Origin: an uncultured Methanosarcinaceae archaeon | GTDB taxonomy: Archaea > Halobacteriota > Methanosarcinia > Methanosarcinales > Methanosarcinaceae | Direction: 5' to 3' | Length of the DNA: 64,000 nt | Assembly: GCA_963733675.1 (NCBI GenBank) | Contig: CAVTET010000001.1 | Span: forward strand, 128,001 to 192,000 | Shown: positions 25,669-40,615 of the stretch, piece after piece | Layout of the letters: the number at the start of each line of letters is the position of its first letter | Position numbering within the stretch: the first letter of the stretch is position 1 | Translations under genes and position numbers: made by a program | Notes under the pieces: generated by a model | Seen by the model: the letters and a program-made list of their open reading frames with translations, nothing else | Databases searched by the model: none | Told to the model about the DNA's origin: nothing

Positions 25669-26376
25669 GTGACACACCAGAAAAGATTGTCAGTTCCAAG
25701 AAGTTGGAAGATTGGGAGAAAAGGGTATAAGTGGGTTTCTACCACCCGTTCGGGGCCTCACAGCAAGGCACGTAGTCTTCCGCTCGGAATCATAATTCGT
25801 AATGTTCTCAATCTTGTGGATAATAGCAGAGAAGGTAAAAGGATCCTCTCGGAAGGTAAGGTTCTTGTGGATGGAGTTTCCAGGAAAGACCTTATGTTTC
25901 CGGTCGGGCTCTTTGATGTAATTACTCTCCCACTCATAAATGAATCATATAGGATGCTTCAGGATGATAAGGGACGTCTGACACTCCACAAACTGAATGA
26001 GACAAACGTTAACAAGCTATGCAGGATCGACAATAAGACCACACTTAAAGGAGGTAAGGTACAGCTTAATCTGAGTGACGGAACTAATATCCTTGGCTCT
26101 AACGAGTATGGGACTAAAGATTCCCTGATTCTTTCGGTTCCTGATAAAAAGGTGGTAAAACACCTCCAATTCAAAATTGGTAACCTTGCAATGGTGGTAG
26201 GTGGGCAGCACTCAGGTGTAATCGGAAAGATCAAGGAGATCAAGGAAGTTAAGAGTTCTAGACACAACACGGTTACTATTTCCGGTGAAATAGATTTCGA
26301 AACGATCGAAGAATATGTAATTGTGATCGGTGAGGACAAGCCTGAGATTAGGCTGGGTGGTGATATAAATGAGTAA
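25669..26376 (+). CDS. rps4e: 30S ribosomal protein S4e
   Basis: [12 protein letters not shown] and FPVGLFDVI motifs; GTG start. Confidence 0.98.
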   Translation: MTHQKRLSVPRSWKIGRKGYKWVSTTRSGPHSKARSLPLGIIIRNVLNLVDNSREGKRILSEGKVLVDGVSRKDLMFPVGLFDVITLPLINESYRMLQDDKGRLTLHKLNETNVNKLCRIDNKTTLKGGKVQLNLSDGTNILGSNEYGTKDSLILSVPDKKVVKHLQFKIGNLAMVVGGQHSGVIGKIKEIKEVKSSRHNTVTISGEIDFETIEEYVIVIGEDKPEIRLGGDINE

Positions 26377-26878
26377 CACTATGCGTACTCCAGTCATTGA
26401 CAAGGTTATTGTCCACATGGGTGTTGGAGAAAGCGGCCAACATCTCGTGAACGCCGAAGAAATCCTTCGGACTATCACAGGTCAGACAGTCGTAAGGTGC
26501 TTTGCCAAGAGAACTTTGCCAGCTTTTGCGATCAAGAAGAAAGAACCCATAGGTTGCAAGGTAACTTTGAGAGGTCAGAAAGCTCAGGAGTTTCTTGAAA
26601 TCGCATTAGGTATCGTTGAAAAATCTCTAGTCAAATCCCAGTTCGATTCCCTCGGAAATGTCTCTTTCGGAATTGAAGAGCACACAGACTTTCCAGGCAT
26701 GAGATATGACCCAAATATAGGGGTTTTCGGAATGGATGTAACAGTTGTGATCAAGCGCCCTGGAGAAAGAATCTGCAAGAGAAGAATCGCAACAAGGAAG
26801 ATTCCTACTAACCATAGAGTCACGGTTGAGGATGCAATTGTCTTTCTTAACGAGAGCTATGGCGTGGAGGTCATTTAA
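26369..26878 (+). CDS. rpl5: 50S ribosomal protein L5
   Basis: [18 protein letters not shown] and [11 protein letters not shown] motifs. Confidence 0.99.
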   Translation: MSNTMRTPVIDKVIVHMGVGESGQHLVNAEEILRTITGQTVVRCFAKRTLPAFAIKKKEPIGCKVTLRGQKAQEFLEIALGIVEKSLVKSQFDSLGNVSFGIEEHTDFPGMRYDPNIGVFGMDVTVVIKRPGERICKRRIATRKIPTNHRVTVEDAIVFLNESYGVEVI

Positions 26879-27434
<556 letters not shown>

Positions 27435-27448
27435 GGAGAGAATGAAGA

Positions 27449-27979
27449 ATGGTTAAGGAGATTGCAAGAACAATTATAATTCCTGAAGGAGTTTCCACCT
27501 CTCTCTCACAGGATGTTTTTACGGCAAGAGGGCCGAAGGGAACTGTTGAAAGAAAGTTTTGGTTTCCTGGAATTAAAATCGAAGTCAGGGGAAGAGAAGT
27601 ACTGATTGATGCCGAATCCGTAAGAATCGAACAGAAAGCGATGGTTGGAACTTTTGCCTCCCATATCAAAAATTTAGTCAAAGGTGTAAGTGAGGGATTT
27701 GAGTGCAAGATGACAATTGTGTATGCTCACTTCCCAATGCAGGTAAAAGTTGAAGGTAAAACTCTCGTAATTGGAAACTTCCTTGGTGAAAAAAAACCAA
27801 GAGTTGCAAGAATTCTTGGCGATACTTATGTTAAGGTAAGTGGAAATGAGGTAGTTATTTCCGGAATTAACAAGGAAGACGTAGGACAGACTGCTGCAAA
27901 CATTGAACAGAAAACAAAGATCAGAAGGTTTGATCCGAGGGTTTTCCAGGATGGAATCTACATTGTTCAAAAGGCCTGA
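27449..27979 (+). CDS. rpl6: 50S ribosomal protein L6
   Basis: YAHFPM, NFLGEK and [11 protein letters not shown] motifs. Confidence 0.99.
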   Translation: MVKEIARTIIIPEGVSTSLSQDVFTARGPKGTVERKFWFPGIKIEVRGREVLIDAESVRIEQKAMVGTFASHIKNLVKGVSEGFECKMTIVYAHFPMQVKVEGKTLVIGNFLGEKKPRVARILGDTYVKVSGNEVVISGINKEDVGQTAANIEQKTKIRRFDPRVFQDGIYIVQKA

Positions 27980-27985
27980 GGTGGC

Positions 27986-28429
27986 ATGATGGCAAAAGAA
28001 TTTAGTGAGGTAAAAGGTACTTCAGTTTCTACCCTTGACATGGATCCTGAATCAAAGCGATTATTTAATGTGAGAAAGATCCAAAAAGGAACGAAGCCCC
28101 AATTCAAGAGAACGTGTAGTCATAAGTTCAAGAGACTTGATACTAACTGGAGGCGTCCGAGGGGTTCTCAGGGCAAACAGCGCAGAAAATATGTGTCAAA
28201 AGGAGCTCTTGCCCAGGTAGGATATGGAAGTCCTGTTGCAGTAAAAGGTCTGCATCCATCAGGTTATTCTGATGTGCTTATTTCCAACACTTCGGAACTT
28301 GAGCTTGTTGATCCATCTTATGAGGCTATCAGAGTAGCAGCTGCAGTAGGCGCAAAAAAGAAAACAGTTATTCTCGCAAAAGCGGAAGAATTAGGAATTA
28401 GAGTGCTGAACCCTGGAAAAGGTGACTAA
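27986..28429 (+). CDS. rpl32e: 50S ribosomal protein L32e
   Basis: WRRPRG, GYGSP and GLHPSG motifs. Confidence 0.98.
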   Translation: MMAKEFSEVKGTSVSTLDMDPESKRLFNVRKIQKGTKPQFKRTCSHKFKRLDTNWRRPRGSQGKQRRKYVSKGALAQVGYGSPVAVKGLHPSGYSDVLISNTSELELVDPSYEAIRVAAAVGAKKKTVILAKAEELGIRVLNPGKGD

Positions 28430-28431
28430 AA

Positions 28432-30962
<2,531 letters not shown>

Positions 30963-31105
30963 GTAGTGTCATTCTGGCATTACTTACTTTCGTTCTTTGA
31001 TAATTTTTTTATATTACATATGCTCTATATAAGTATCTTATTGCTGAATATAGTTCAATACTTCAAGCAGTATAATCTTAATGTATGGTTTGAATGGTGT
31101 AATCG

Positions 31106-32587
31106 ATGACTCTCAGGGATACATTAGAACCGTTTTTTAACAAGTTACCTGCAGTAGCAAGTCCGGAAAAACATGTCCACTTTAAGACTAAACTCTGGTG
31201 GACTCTGGGAGTTCTGGTGCTATACTTTGCTTTGGCAAATGTGCCGCTCTTCGGGATGTCCAAGAATTCTGTTGACCTTTTTGAAACTTACCGTGCCGTT
31301 ATAGCAGGTGCTTCAGGGTCTTTGATTCTTCTCGGAATTGGGCCGATTGTCACTGCGTCGATTGTCCTGCAACTTCTTGTTGGAGCAGATATTATCAAAA
31401 TGGACCTGTCAGACCCAAAGGATCAGGCATTCTTCCAGGGAGCTCAAAAATTTCTTGTCTTAGTCATGATCATACTAGAAGCTCTGCCGCAGTTACTTGG
31501 TGGTTATCTTCAACCGGATCCAGTACTTGCTTCTGCTCTCGGTGTAGGCCTGGGAGTGATCACCCTAATACTCCTTGTTCAAATTTTCATTGGAGGTACA
31601 CTTGTTCTTTTAATGGATGAAGTAGTTTCCAAATGGGGTATTGGGTCAGGGGTCGGGCTCTTCATAGTTGCGGGGATTTCACAGCAGATCGTTACAGGGA
31701 TAGTTAACTGGCAGCCTGATCAGTCAGGGCTTCCAATAGGGTTAATTCCGAAATGGATCTACATAGCCCAAAATACTGGGGCAGATTATCTTTTTTCAGG
31801 TAGTGGCCTTGGTTATCTGCTTATCAATGGAGGAATTCTTGCACTCCTGAGCACAGTTCTTATTTTCCTGCTTGTAGTGCTTGTGGAAAGTACGAGAATA
31901 GAAATACCTCTTGCTCACAGTGGTGTAAGAGGAGCAAGGGGCCGTTTTCCTGTGAAGCTAATATACTCCTCGGTTCTGCCAATGATTCTTGTCAGGGCGC
32001 TTCAGGCTAACATTCAGATGATTGGAATTATCCTTGCCAACCGGGGAATTACATTCCTTGGAGAGTTTAGGGGATCACAGCCTATTAACGGAATCATGTA
32101 TTATCTTTCCCCAATAAACGGTCCACATAATTGGATTCCATCTCTTGTGAAGGATTCTTTTGCGAGTGTAGGTGCTGCAACCACTCCTGCTATCTGGCAG
32201 ATAGTAATTCACGTCTTTACAGATGCATCCTTGCTTATAGTAGGCGGAATTATTTTTGCTCTCTTCTGGATAGAGACTACAGGCATGGGTGCTAAACCTA
32301 CAGCTCAGAAGATTTTCGATTCAGGCATGCAGATTCCTGGTTTCAGGCGGAATATTAGTAGCATTGAAAAAGTCATGGAGCGCTATATTCCGAAAGTTAC
32401 AGTGATCGGTGGAGCTTTCATAGGGATCCTTACCCTTATTGCAAGTCTTCTTGGTACCCTTGGAAGTGCTGGTGGTACAGGGCTGTTGTTGACTGTGAGT
32501 ATCGTGTATCGTCTTTATGAGGATATAGCCTCTGAGCAGATTATGGAAATGCATCCGATGATTCGCTCCTTCTTCGGGGAGGAGTAA
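31106..32587 (+). CDS. secY: Preprotein translocase subunit SecY
   Basis: LGIGPIVTASIVLQLL, KWGIGSG and QIPGFR motifs; multiple TM segments. Confidence 0.99.
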   Translation: MTLRDTLEPFFNKLPAVASPEKHVHFKTKLWWTLGVLVLYFALANVPLFGMSKNSVDLFETYRAVIAGASGSLILLGIGPIVTASIVLQLLVGADIIKMDLSDPKDQAFFQGAQKFLVLVMIILEALPQLLGGYLQPDPVLASALGVGLGVITLILLVQIFIGGTLVLLMDEVVSKWGIGSGVGLFIVAGISQQIVTGIVNWQPDQSGLPIGLIPKWIYIAQNTGADYLFSGSGLGYLLINGGILALLSTVLIFLLVVLVESTRIEIPLAHSGVRGARGRFPVKLIYSSVLPMILVRALQANIQMIGIILANRGITFLGEFRGSQPINGIMYYLSPINGPHNWIPSLVKDSFASVGAATTPAIWQIVIHVFTDASLLIVGGIIFALFWIETTGMGAKPTAQKIFDSGMQIPGFRRNISSIEKVMERYIPKVTVIGGAFIGILTLIASLLGTLGSAGGTGLLLTVSIVYRLYEDIASEQIMEMHPMIRSFFGEE

Positions 32588-32667
32588 GGTTATTTTTGAT
32601 TTCAGGAAGTAATCCAATCTAAATATAACTGCAACAATTTACAAAGATATAAGAACGTGATCTTCTA

Positions 32668-33318
32668 ATGAATATAATACTATTTGGGCCTCCTGGTGCT
32701 GGAAAAGGCACCCAGGCCAAAAAACTGGTTGATTTCTATGGAATCCCGCAGATCTCCACAGGGGATATCCTGCGGGTAAATGTCGGGAAAGGCACTGAAT
32801 TGGGTTTTGCAGCTAAGGTGTATATGGACAAAGGGGAGCTTGTTCCTGATGAAGTGCTTATAGGGATCATTAAGAACCGCTTGAAAGAACCTGACTGCAA
32901 AAGAGGTTTTATCCTTGATGGTTATCCAAGGACGGTCTCTCAAGCAGATGCTCTTGCAGTCATTCTGGATGAAATCGACAAGCCTTTAGATATTGTTCTT
33001 AATCTTGAAGTGCCTAACAAGAAGCTGATCGAAAGAATAAGCGGTAGGCTGATTTGCAGAAACTGTGGAGCAAGTTATCACATAATTTTTAACCAACCGA
33101 AAAAAGAAGGTATATGTGATATATGCGGAGATGAAATTTACCAGAGGTCCGACGACAAAGAAGAGTCAGTCCAAAATCGTTTGAACGTTTATAAAATGCA
33201 GACTCAGTCTCTTATAAATTACTATTTAAAAAAGGGTATCTTGGTAACTCTCGGAGGTAATAAGGATATTGGCGAGGTTTCAGAAGATATCAAGGCAGTT
33301 CTTGCAAAATTTGTCTGA
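32668..33318 (+). CDS. adk: Adenylate kinase (bacterial type, Zn lid)
   Basis: GPPGAGKGTQA, ISTGDILR, LDGYPRT and CxxC..CxxC lid. Confidence 0.98.
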   Translation: MNIILFGPPGAGKGTQAKKLVDFYGIPQISTGDILRVNVGKGTELGFAAKVYMDKGELVPDEVLIGIIKNRLKEPDCKRGFILDGYPRTVSQADALAVILDEIDKPLDIVLNLEVPNKKLIERISGRLICRNCGASYHIIFNQPKKEGICDICGDEIYQRSDDKEESVQNRLNVYKMQTQSLINYYLKKGILVTLGGNKDIGEVSEDIKAVLAKFV

Positions 33319-34086
33319 AATTTTTATTGTTTCTTTACTTTCATATTTTTTTCCATGAATTTTTGAGAACCGCGAACAAAAGATCATTTCCAAATTTTCA
33401 CAAAAATAGGATGTTTATTCTTTTTTCAGATTTGATCAATGCCTCTAGGAAACTATATCTTTTCCTTTGTTGCCTTTTTGCTTCGCCGAATACCCTGTAG
33501 TTTGCTTATAAATTGGAAACTTCCCCAGGAATTGCTATTGACTAAATGATTTATGTTTCAAGCTACCTTTGTACTATAAAATGGAAATACGACATTCAAA
33601 TTATTGTATCTATAAAACTGAAGTGTTAATAAATTTGTTATAAATTCGATCTATTTTTTATAAAAAGGGGTGTGAATCTCAAATCTCCCTTAATCATTTA
33701 GTAGTTAAGTGTAATTTTCATGATAATTTAATCCAAATTCATATTCAGATCTAAAATTAAATCTTCAGCCAAGAATTATGCTCCTGCTAAATTTGACTGG
33801 ATTACAAAAAAAATAATGCTATCGATTTAAAGATCAGAATTCATTTTAATAGTTTAGGAACATGAGGGGATCAACCTATTGCAAAGTACAGGCTTTATGA
33901 AAAGTCCATGATTTATTATTTCCACTGAGTTAGTGGAAGCCTTAGAGCACTGAGAAACTAGCTGTAAAAGGCTTATAATCGGTCTTTGAGGAAAGCATTT
34001 ATTGAATCTTTCTAAATGTGAAAAAATGTAAATCTAGCCTCCTTATTTTTCTAAGATTCTTCATAGTAAATTGCTCATCTCCCTAA

Positions 34087-34210
34087 GAGCATCTCCGAAA
34101 AGACAATAATGGCACTTATTGAAGTTATAATTAGTCTATGAATTTTCGGTATTACGGTTGTGCATGACAAATTTTAAAAATGACTTGATCATAACTTTTT
34201 CAGATAAACT
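34087..34210. mobile_element. Degenerate IS5-type MITE
   Basis: GAGCATCTCCGAAAA ... TTTTTCAGATAAACT resemble the IS5 ends at 131/1002. Confidence 0.4.
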
Positions 34211-34228
34211 AATGCAATCTTTTTTGGA

Positions 34229-35083
34229 TTATATCTTTACTCGTTCATTTAAATTTTCATTTACTATTTCCAGTGTATTTTTAATAAAGTCCAGGTCGAT
34301 GTCATCATAATCTTTTTTATAGTTATTTATTAATCCCAAGATTTTTTCAGCTAAATCATAGGGGCTACTATATTCATTCTCTTTGAGATTTATTTCTGGA
34401 TACTCTTCAATTTCATCAAAAATTACTTCATCTTCAATTTTTTTCAGCGCAGTTTTAATATTTGGAATCTCTTTTTTCTCAACCTTTTCAATTATTTCTT
34501 TTTGTAGTTCGGCGGGCTTTTGTGACAATTCAAGTATATCTTTTCTAGTACCTTTAATTTCTCTACCAAGAATTTTGTAAGGATTTATATTCGCATTATT
34601 CGCAACTTCATCTATGGCATTAGCAAATTTCTCCGCTTTTCGTACAGCATTAGGACTTACTTGGTATTTCTTTGCTATTTTTTGTTCAACTATACTATCA
34701 AGAGGTCTCATGGTGATCAAAGAAACTAGATCTTCTTTTATTTTTGGTCTACATTCTTCTTTTTTTTCTTCCTTATACCTCTTTCCAATCAAATAGTTTC
34801 TCTGTTCATTTGTCATACTTCTTCGATTCAGTTGATTATTAATAATCCAATTTATCACTTCGACACGATTGTCAAACTCTTTTTCAGATACAGAATAATC
34901 AATATTGAGCTCTTTGCAAATTAAATATCTATTATGACCGTCAATAATAATATTATTCCAAATAACAATGGGATATAAATCATCATACCCATATTTCGTA
35001 ATACTCTCGATTAAGCCCTGAAATTCTTCTGGTTTCATCGGTGGTATTAAATTTTTAAATTCGGGATCAATTATTAGTTCCAT
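34229..35083 (-). CDS. ParB-like N-terminal domain protein (phage/plasmid type)
   Basis: IDPEF..LIPP...EE...L..SI, PIVIW..IIIDGHNRY.IC and NQL.RR; HTH-like segment IAKKYQVSPNAV. Confidence 0.85.
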   Translation of the reverse strand: MELIIDPEFKNLIPPMKPEEFQGLIESITKYGYDDLYPIVIWNNIIIDGHNRYLICKELNIDYSVSEKEFDNRVEVINWIINNQLNRRSMTNEQRNYLIGKRYKEEKKEECRPKIKEDLVSLITMRPLDSIVEQKIAKKYQVSPNAVRKAEKFANAIDEVANNANINPYKILGREIKGTRKDILELSQKPAELQKEIIEKVEKKEIPNIKTALKKIEDEVIFDEIEEYPEINLKENEYSSPYDLAEKILGLINNYKKDYDDIDLDFIKNTLEIVNENLNERVKI

Positions 35084-35241
35084 TCTATTATTCTCCTTTA
35101 TTCAGCATCTTTGAACCCATCGATTAAATTAGATTTTTGGTATTTTCTCTATCCCTGTCTATTTCCTTTCATAAAGGATTATATATAATAATTGTTTTTT
35201 AACTTCATGATAAATTTTCAAGTACAAAAGTAAGATCATGA

Positions 35242-35371
35242 AGCCCTATCCGAAAATGTTGTGACTCTATGTAGCTTTCACTTTTGGGAATACACTCAAT
35301 TTTAAAGGATACTAGTATTGTAGACCTGTGTAACTTTTGCAATAGCCACGATTGATTTTTTGGATAGGCTC
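35242..35371. mobile_element. 130-bp MITE with the ends of the IS5 element at 131-1002
   Basis: AGCCCTATCCGAAAA ... TTTTTGGATAGGCTC followed by TAAG; non-coding interior. Confidence 0.75.
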
Positions 35372-35845
35372 TAAGTTCTGAAGAACCAAGTAAAAAGTAT
35401 AATAAGCTATTAAACAATGTTTATTACTCGGATATGTATGGGTGAAATATATTTCGTATTTGCAAATATAGGTAGTGTTAATTCTAAAAATTTTAATGAA
35501 GATTTCGTAGAGTCACCATCAATAATTATTTGGTATTCACCATAGCAGTTGAATGAAGTGCTTTAATGAGCTGAAAATTATTCCTAAAAGATGAAAATTA
35601 TAGTCTCACTTAATCAAGAAAAGCCGACGTGAACTTTTTCGTTTTTTGAATCGATTTCATTCAGGATTTCCGATCTAACCTCTCTAATATTTTGAACGTT
35701 TGCCATTCCACCCCCCTTTTTTGAAATGAATCCTCGAGTAGTTTTTTGCCCTGAAATTTATTAAAATATACAAATAAAAAAATGAATACATATTTTGATG
35801 CTTAAATATATAACTTTATAATGCAATCATTTGTAGTTGATTACT

Positions 35846-36248
35846 ATAGTAAAATTGAGTTAAGATATGAAAACTGTCTTTTCAAAGGTAAATATCTTTC
35901 CTGTGGCTGCTGCTTCAAAGGATGAAATTTCGAATGTAGTACCTATTGGGTTCTGCCAGATTGTGGATAATGAATCAATTTGGCTTGAAGACAATTTCAT
36001 GGTTAAATCCCTGAAAAACCTTGGGAAAAATTAAAATTTGCAGTCCATTTATGGGGGACTGAGACCGGCTGCTGTCTCTAGATAAAGGGCAAAGTAGGAC
36101 TTGTCAGTTCAGGAGAAAAGTTCGATAAAATGAAGGCAGGTGTGCAGTAGCAAAGCCTGACTTCCTGTAAAATACCCTTGTAGAGGTTAAAATTAGCGAG
36201 GGCTTCCATTGTGCTACCGTCCCGGGCGCAGGAAGAAATCGCTATGAT
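35846..36248 (+). pseudogene. Pyridoxamine-phosphate-oxidase-like (flavin-binding) pseudogene
   Basis: VKLS*DMKTVFSKVNIFPVAAASKD.ISNVVPIGFC.IVD.ESIW..DNFM.KSL.NL followed by further stops. Confidence 0.75.
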
Positions 36249-36332
36249 TGAAGCTAAGATTATAGCTATATCAAGAGTACTTTATCCAGAAAGGTAGCTA
36301 GGGAGCATCCAAATCAAAATAATCTATGGAGC

Positions 36333-36560
36333 ATGAGTGTGATAATGACTGAAACGAAGGCTAATCCCCCTACTTTTTGTGAAAAGTTTTGTATAGTTTG
36401 CAAGGGTGCTAGGGCAGGGAATACAATTTGCAAGTATATCCAGGATATTGAACTGAAAATTTTCGGGAAAAATGGTTGCATTTGGGGAGCTGCAAGGACA
36501 AGATATTACGGAGTTACTCCTGATCAAAAACTACCTAGAATCCAAAAACGAAAAAAATAA
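36333..36560 (+). CDS. Small Cys-rich hypothetical protein
   Basis: GGAG RBS; FCEKFCIVCKGAR...C...GCIWGAARTRYYGV. Confidence 0.6.
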   Translation: MSVIMTETKANPPTFCEKFCIVCKGARAGNTICKYIQDIELKIFGKNGCIWGAARTRYYGVTPDQKLPRIQKRKK

Positions 36561-37220
36561 CTAATTCAAATTGCGTGTGGCTATCCAAATCTAAACATAT
36601 TGTCAGACGAACGATGACTCAATAAAAGCATGTGACAAAGTAATTTGAATTAATTCACAACTACTGAAGCTTGGCACAATAAAAGTAGTTTATCAAATGA
36701 AATAAATCTGGTAATAGATGCTTCGTACAATTTCGATTAAATAAATCCGATTTGTAGGTATACGGTATATATTTTTTATGCTCAAAGAATTTTAAAAAAG
36801 AAGTATCTTTCTGATTTGATTATCCTTATTTTATATTTTCAGGTAGTCACTAGTACTGAGAGAACTGACAAGTTAAGTTCGAATAACTTCACCCCTGATT
36901 CATGGTCAGGCTTGAGTAAAATTGCAGAATCAATGACTTTGATTGTACTCTCTGCCACCGTATGCATGCATAGATTTTCTATAATATATATGCATTAATG
37001 AGAAATAATAAAAAAATCATTATTAATATCTAATTGTTTTTATGACCGTGAAATATTTTATATGGCATTATTTTTCGTTTAGAAACTATTTTTCGTAGCA
37101 TTAATTTGAAATAACGAGGATGATAAATAATCATCTCTAGGTATGTACATCAGTATATAATGAAAGAATAAAATTTAAAGTATCATAATCTTATAAAAAT
37201 AAATTGGAAGTGCATATTTT

Positions 37221-37649
37221 ATGGGAAAACAAATATTTAATAGAATAAAAAAGGTATTGGTTATTTTGTTGGCAGTACTTTTTGTAGTATCCTTGACAGA
37301 AGTGGCAGTTGTTGCTGCTCCACACGATGGTCATGGCGGACATGGTGGACATGGACACGGGCATGGACATCACCACGGCCACTATCACCATGGGCACTGG
37401 GTGGATGATTATTATGGTGGTTATGGTGGTTCTTATATAGAACCAGTCGCAGTAGAACCAATTTCGGTGGAACCTATTGCAGTAGAACCAGTTGTAGCAG
37501 AGGGATACGGATACGATGGAGATGGATACTGGGATAGCTATCATCATTGGCACCGCCACGGTGGACACCACGATGGTCATGGCGGACACGGCGATCATGG
37601 CGGACACGGCGATCATGGCGGACACGGTGATCATGGCGGGCACCACTAA
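37221..37649 (+). CDS. Secreted His/Gly-rich repeat protein
   Basis: Signal peptide, HGGHG repeats, four EP(V/I)xx pentapeptide units and 18-bp DHGGHG-coding tandem repeats. Confidence 0.85.
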   Translation: MGKQIFNRIKKVLVILLAVLFVVSLTEVAVVAAPHDGHGGHGGHGHGHGHHHGHYHHGHWVDDYYGGYGGSYIEPVAVEPISVEPIAVEPVVAEGYGYDGDGYWDSYHHWHRHGGHHDGHGGHGDHGGHGDHGGHGDHGGHH

Positions 37650-38074
37650 TCCATAAGACTATATGGTGACGCTCATGCGTCACAATAAATTAAATTTTTT
37701 TATTTAATTGGATTTTTCCCGATGCTAATTTCTTTTTAGGACTGCTATCATTGACTGATTTAATAAGAATAGTCACTGAGTCTGGAGCTAGTGAGTATGA
37801 AATGAAATAAGCATCATAGCCATTTTTTCAAGCATAATGAATAAACTTCTAATAAAATGCTTGAATTGATGGATATATTTTATTACCGTTTAAGCTTAGG
37901 TCCTTATGAAATAAGAATCGAATTCACTTCTAAATCAAAACTGTACAATAGAAGAAACATGAGTAGTGCATCTTTTTCTCCGATTCTTTAAGTATGCTTT
38001 TTTACCATCTGCATTTTAGAATAGAGAGTCTTAGCAAAAAATAGTGTTAAAGTATTTTAAACAAAAGTGAAAAT

Positions 38075-38650
38075 ATGACTAAACGGGATCAGAACCTCAA
38101 TTTTTCAATATTGTAAAAAGATTTGAGAAATAACCAGAGAAAGCATTTTTGATAATCTTTTCTATACATATTTTTTTTGTGATAAAATCTATGTATAATC
38201 GAAAATAATAGATATATAAGCTTTGTCAATAAAATTATTTGCTTTGCATCCAGCTTTTTGCAGTGAAAGAAAAGGATAAAGAACCAGTTATAGTTTACAG
38301 AACTTTTGGTACAATACCAAAAAACTTAATTGAAAAGGGCAATAACCACCTTCCAAGTATGTTTGGCTACATAATGAAGGACTTCTTCTCCGCAAAAAAA
38401 CCGCATGCTGAAACAAATTGGAACAAAGATTTAAGAAAATGGGCATTGTCAGCAGGTTTTCATCCTGTGGATTCTCTGCAAAGGTCACAAGGAAAACTAT
38501 AGAGAGTTGATGCATTAAGGCGGGTATGCTTAAATTTACTATATATCTAAAGCAAGGGCATGACAGTTTAACTATTATGAAACACTATCAACGACTTGTC
38601 TTAATGATAACGAGATTAGTGACATCAAGAAGCAATTAACGGCATTGATA
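38075..38650 (+). pseudogene. Tyrosine recombinase/integrase pseudogene
   Basis: An alternate frame near 38490 reads RKTIES*CIKAGM...IYLKQGHDSLTIMKHYQ, matching the catalytic R..GH..Y pattern; upstream W..DL..WA..AG. Confidence 0.75.
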
Positions 38651-39875
38651 TGATAAAATGATAAATGTGGACATGTCATAAAACGAAAGTGATGTACGAT
38701 ATGTTTATCTGTTCATATTATGAAATCTAAAAAAACGGAAACTATTTCTGTGAAAGATGTAATTTTGTTTTTACAACTCCGTCACTGCGAGGGTATCAAA
38801 TCATGAACTTTGTACCCTGCCGTTTGAAAGTAATAATGAAAAAGCAGGAAGATAAGGTCGAAAAGGAGGAAATCAAGATTAAAACTTAACTTAATGTTCT
38901 TATTGTGACGCAAATTAGAACCCATTGGTGAGATTTTCTTTGTTCTTGCCTACAAAATTTAGGACTTCCTTTTATCCTAGTCTATAGGAAAGGCTGTAAC
39001 AAAATATGTAAGGTTTGTCACTAAATTTTAGTGAGAATCTGAAAACGTTAGAAAAGTAAAAGTTATAAGAAGAACAAAAGTAATGAATGTTTTATTTAAA
39101 TAGCCTTAGCAAAATTAGCAGAATAGTCTGTTTTTATGATCGATTTAACCTTTTTTTCTGCATTAATGTCATCTACTTCAGGTGAGACTTTAAAATCTAG
39201 TTTTCCCATAATATATGACTCCTTATACTTTTTTATATTTAATACATGTTTGTTCGTAGTAATTGATTGTACAATATAGATTGATTGCAGCCCATAAGTA
39301 CTAGTGTTTTTTTTAATTTTTTTATAGAATCTGAATCTCAGAATTAAAAATAAGGTCACAAATATATGGAAGTTTTAATTGTGTCTATGAGCCTGTCTTA
39401 AAATTAGACCCATTTATATAATTGGATATGACAGTGTACCGAAAGTGCTGGTCGGTAAATTTTGAATGACTCTGTACTCTTTCTGTCTTCACCACAAAAA
39501 AACAGGATTTATCGTTTTTTTCTTATGCATAGTTTTTAAAGTAAAAAATATGCATGAAAAAAGATCGAAAGGTTTCCGGCTTTACTGGCTTCCTGGCGTG
39601 GTTTTTTAATTTGTTATAATTTATCTGGGTATTTTCTATCGAATTTCTTTCCCTCTCAGCTGCAATCTCAATAACTATGAAAAGCTCGGAGGATGCTATG
39701 ATATATACCCACAGAATATTATCAAAATAAAAGATGCAGAGCTGGGATCAAATGGATGCGAGAAGTGTCTGAAAATAATGCTCATGATCCACTTTTAAAT
39801 CTAATTTCATGTAAAATAAGGTATTCCTTCTAGATTCTTCGTAATAGCTAAGTCTATTGATAAAACGTTGCTCTC

Positions 39876-40615
39876 TCACTGATTATCGGAATCTGGTTTT
39901 TTAAAAAGAGCAGGATACATCTCTTTTAATGGTATGAGGAGCTCTTCATCTAATTTTGTATCATAAAGTGTTTTCAATTTAGAAAGCTGATCAATTGTTA
40001 AATGGTGAGTTCCCTTAAGGTTCGCTCCTTGAAGGTTAGCCTGTTTAAAGTTAACTTCTTGAAGGTTAGCCCCTTGAAGGTGAATCTCTATAAGGTAAGC
40101 TCCTTCAAGTTTAGCCCTTCCAAGTTTAGTTCCTTGAAGGTTAGCCCCTTGAAAATTAGTCTCTTGAAGATCAGCTCCATAAAAATCAACATCTTGAAGA
40201 TTAGACTCTTGCAAATTAGCTCCATAAAGATCAGCACCTTGAAGGTTAGCCCCTGAAAGTTAGCCAAATGAAGTTTAGCCGATTTTAAGTTAGCCTTTTC
40301 AAGGTTAGCTCCTTGAAGATTAGCCTCTTGAAGGTTAGCTCCTTGAAGGTTAGCTCCTTTAAAGTTTGCTCCTTTAAGGATAGCTTCTTGAAGGTTAACT
40401 CCTCGAAGATTAGCCTCAGTGAGATTAGCATAAAAAAGATTAGCTCCTCGAAGATTAGCTTCTTGAAGGTTCGCTCCTTGAAGGTTAGCTCCCGCAAAGT
40501 CAGCCTGTTCAAAATTAGCTCCTTGGAAGTTAGTCCCTATAAGATGAGCACTTCGGAGGTCTTTTTTCTCTGGAATATTCATGCACGTTAATTGGTTCGA
40601 AACTAAAATAAACAT
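39876..40615 (-). pseudogene. Pentapeptide-repeat protein, frameshifted near 40255 and apparently 5'-truncated
   Basis: A(N/D)LQ(G/E) repeats continue across two frames; typical C-terminus LTIDQLSK.KTLY..KLD. Confidence 0.85.

Noticed and set aside
37191-37683. Antisense ORFs over the His-rich gene (and similar shadow ORFs over ribosomal, cooS and pentapeptide genes)
   Set aside because: They arise from repeats and codon bias on the coding strand.
39690-39800. Possible UBP-type zinc-finger relic (NGCEKCLKI)
   Set aside because: Only a few matching residues and no intact frame.
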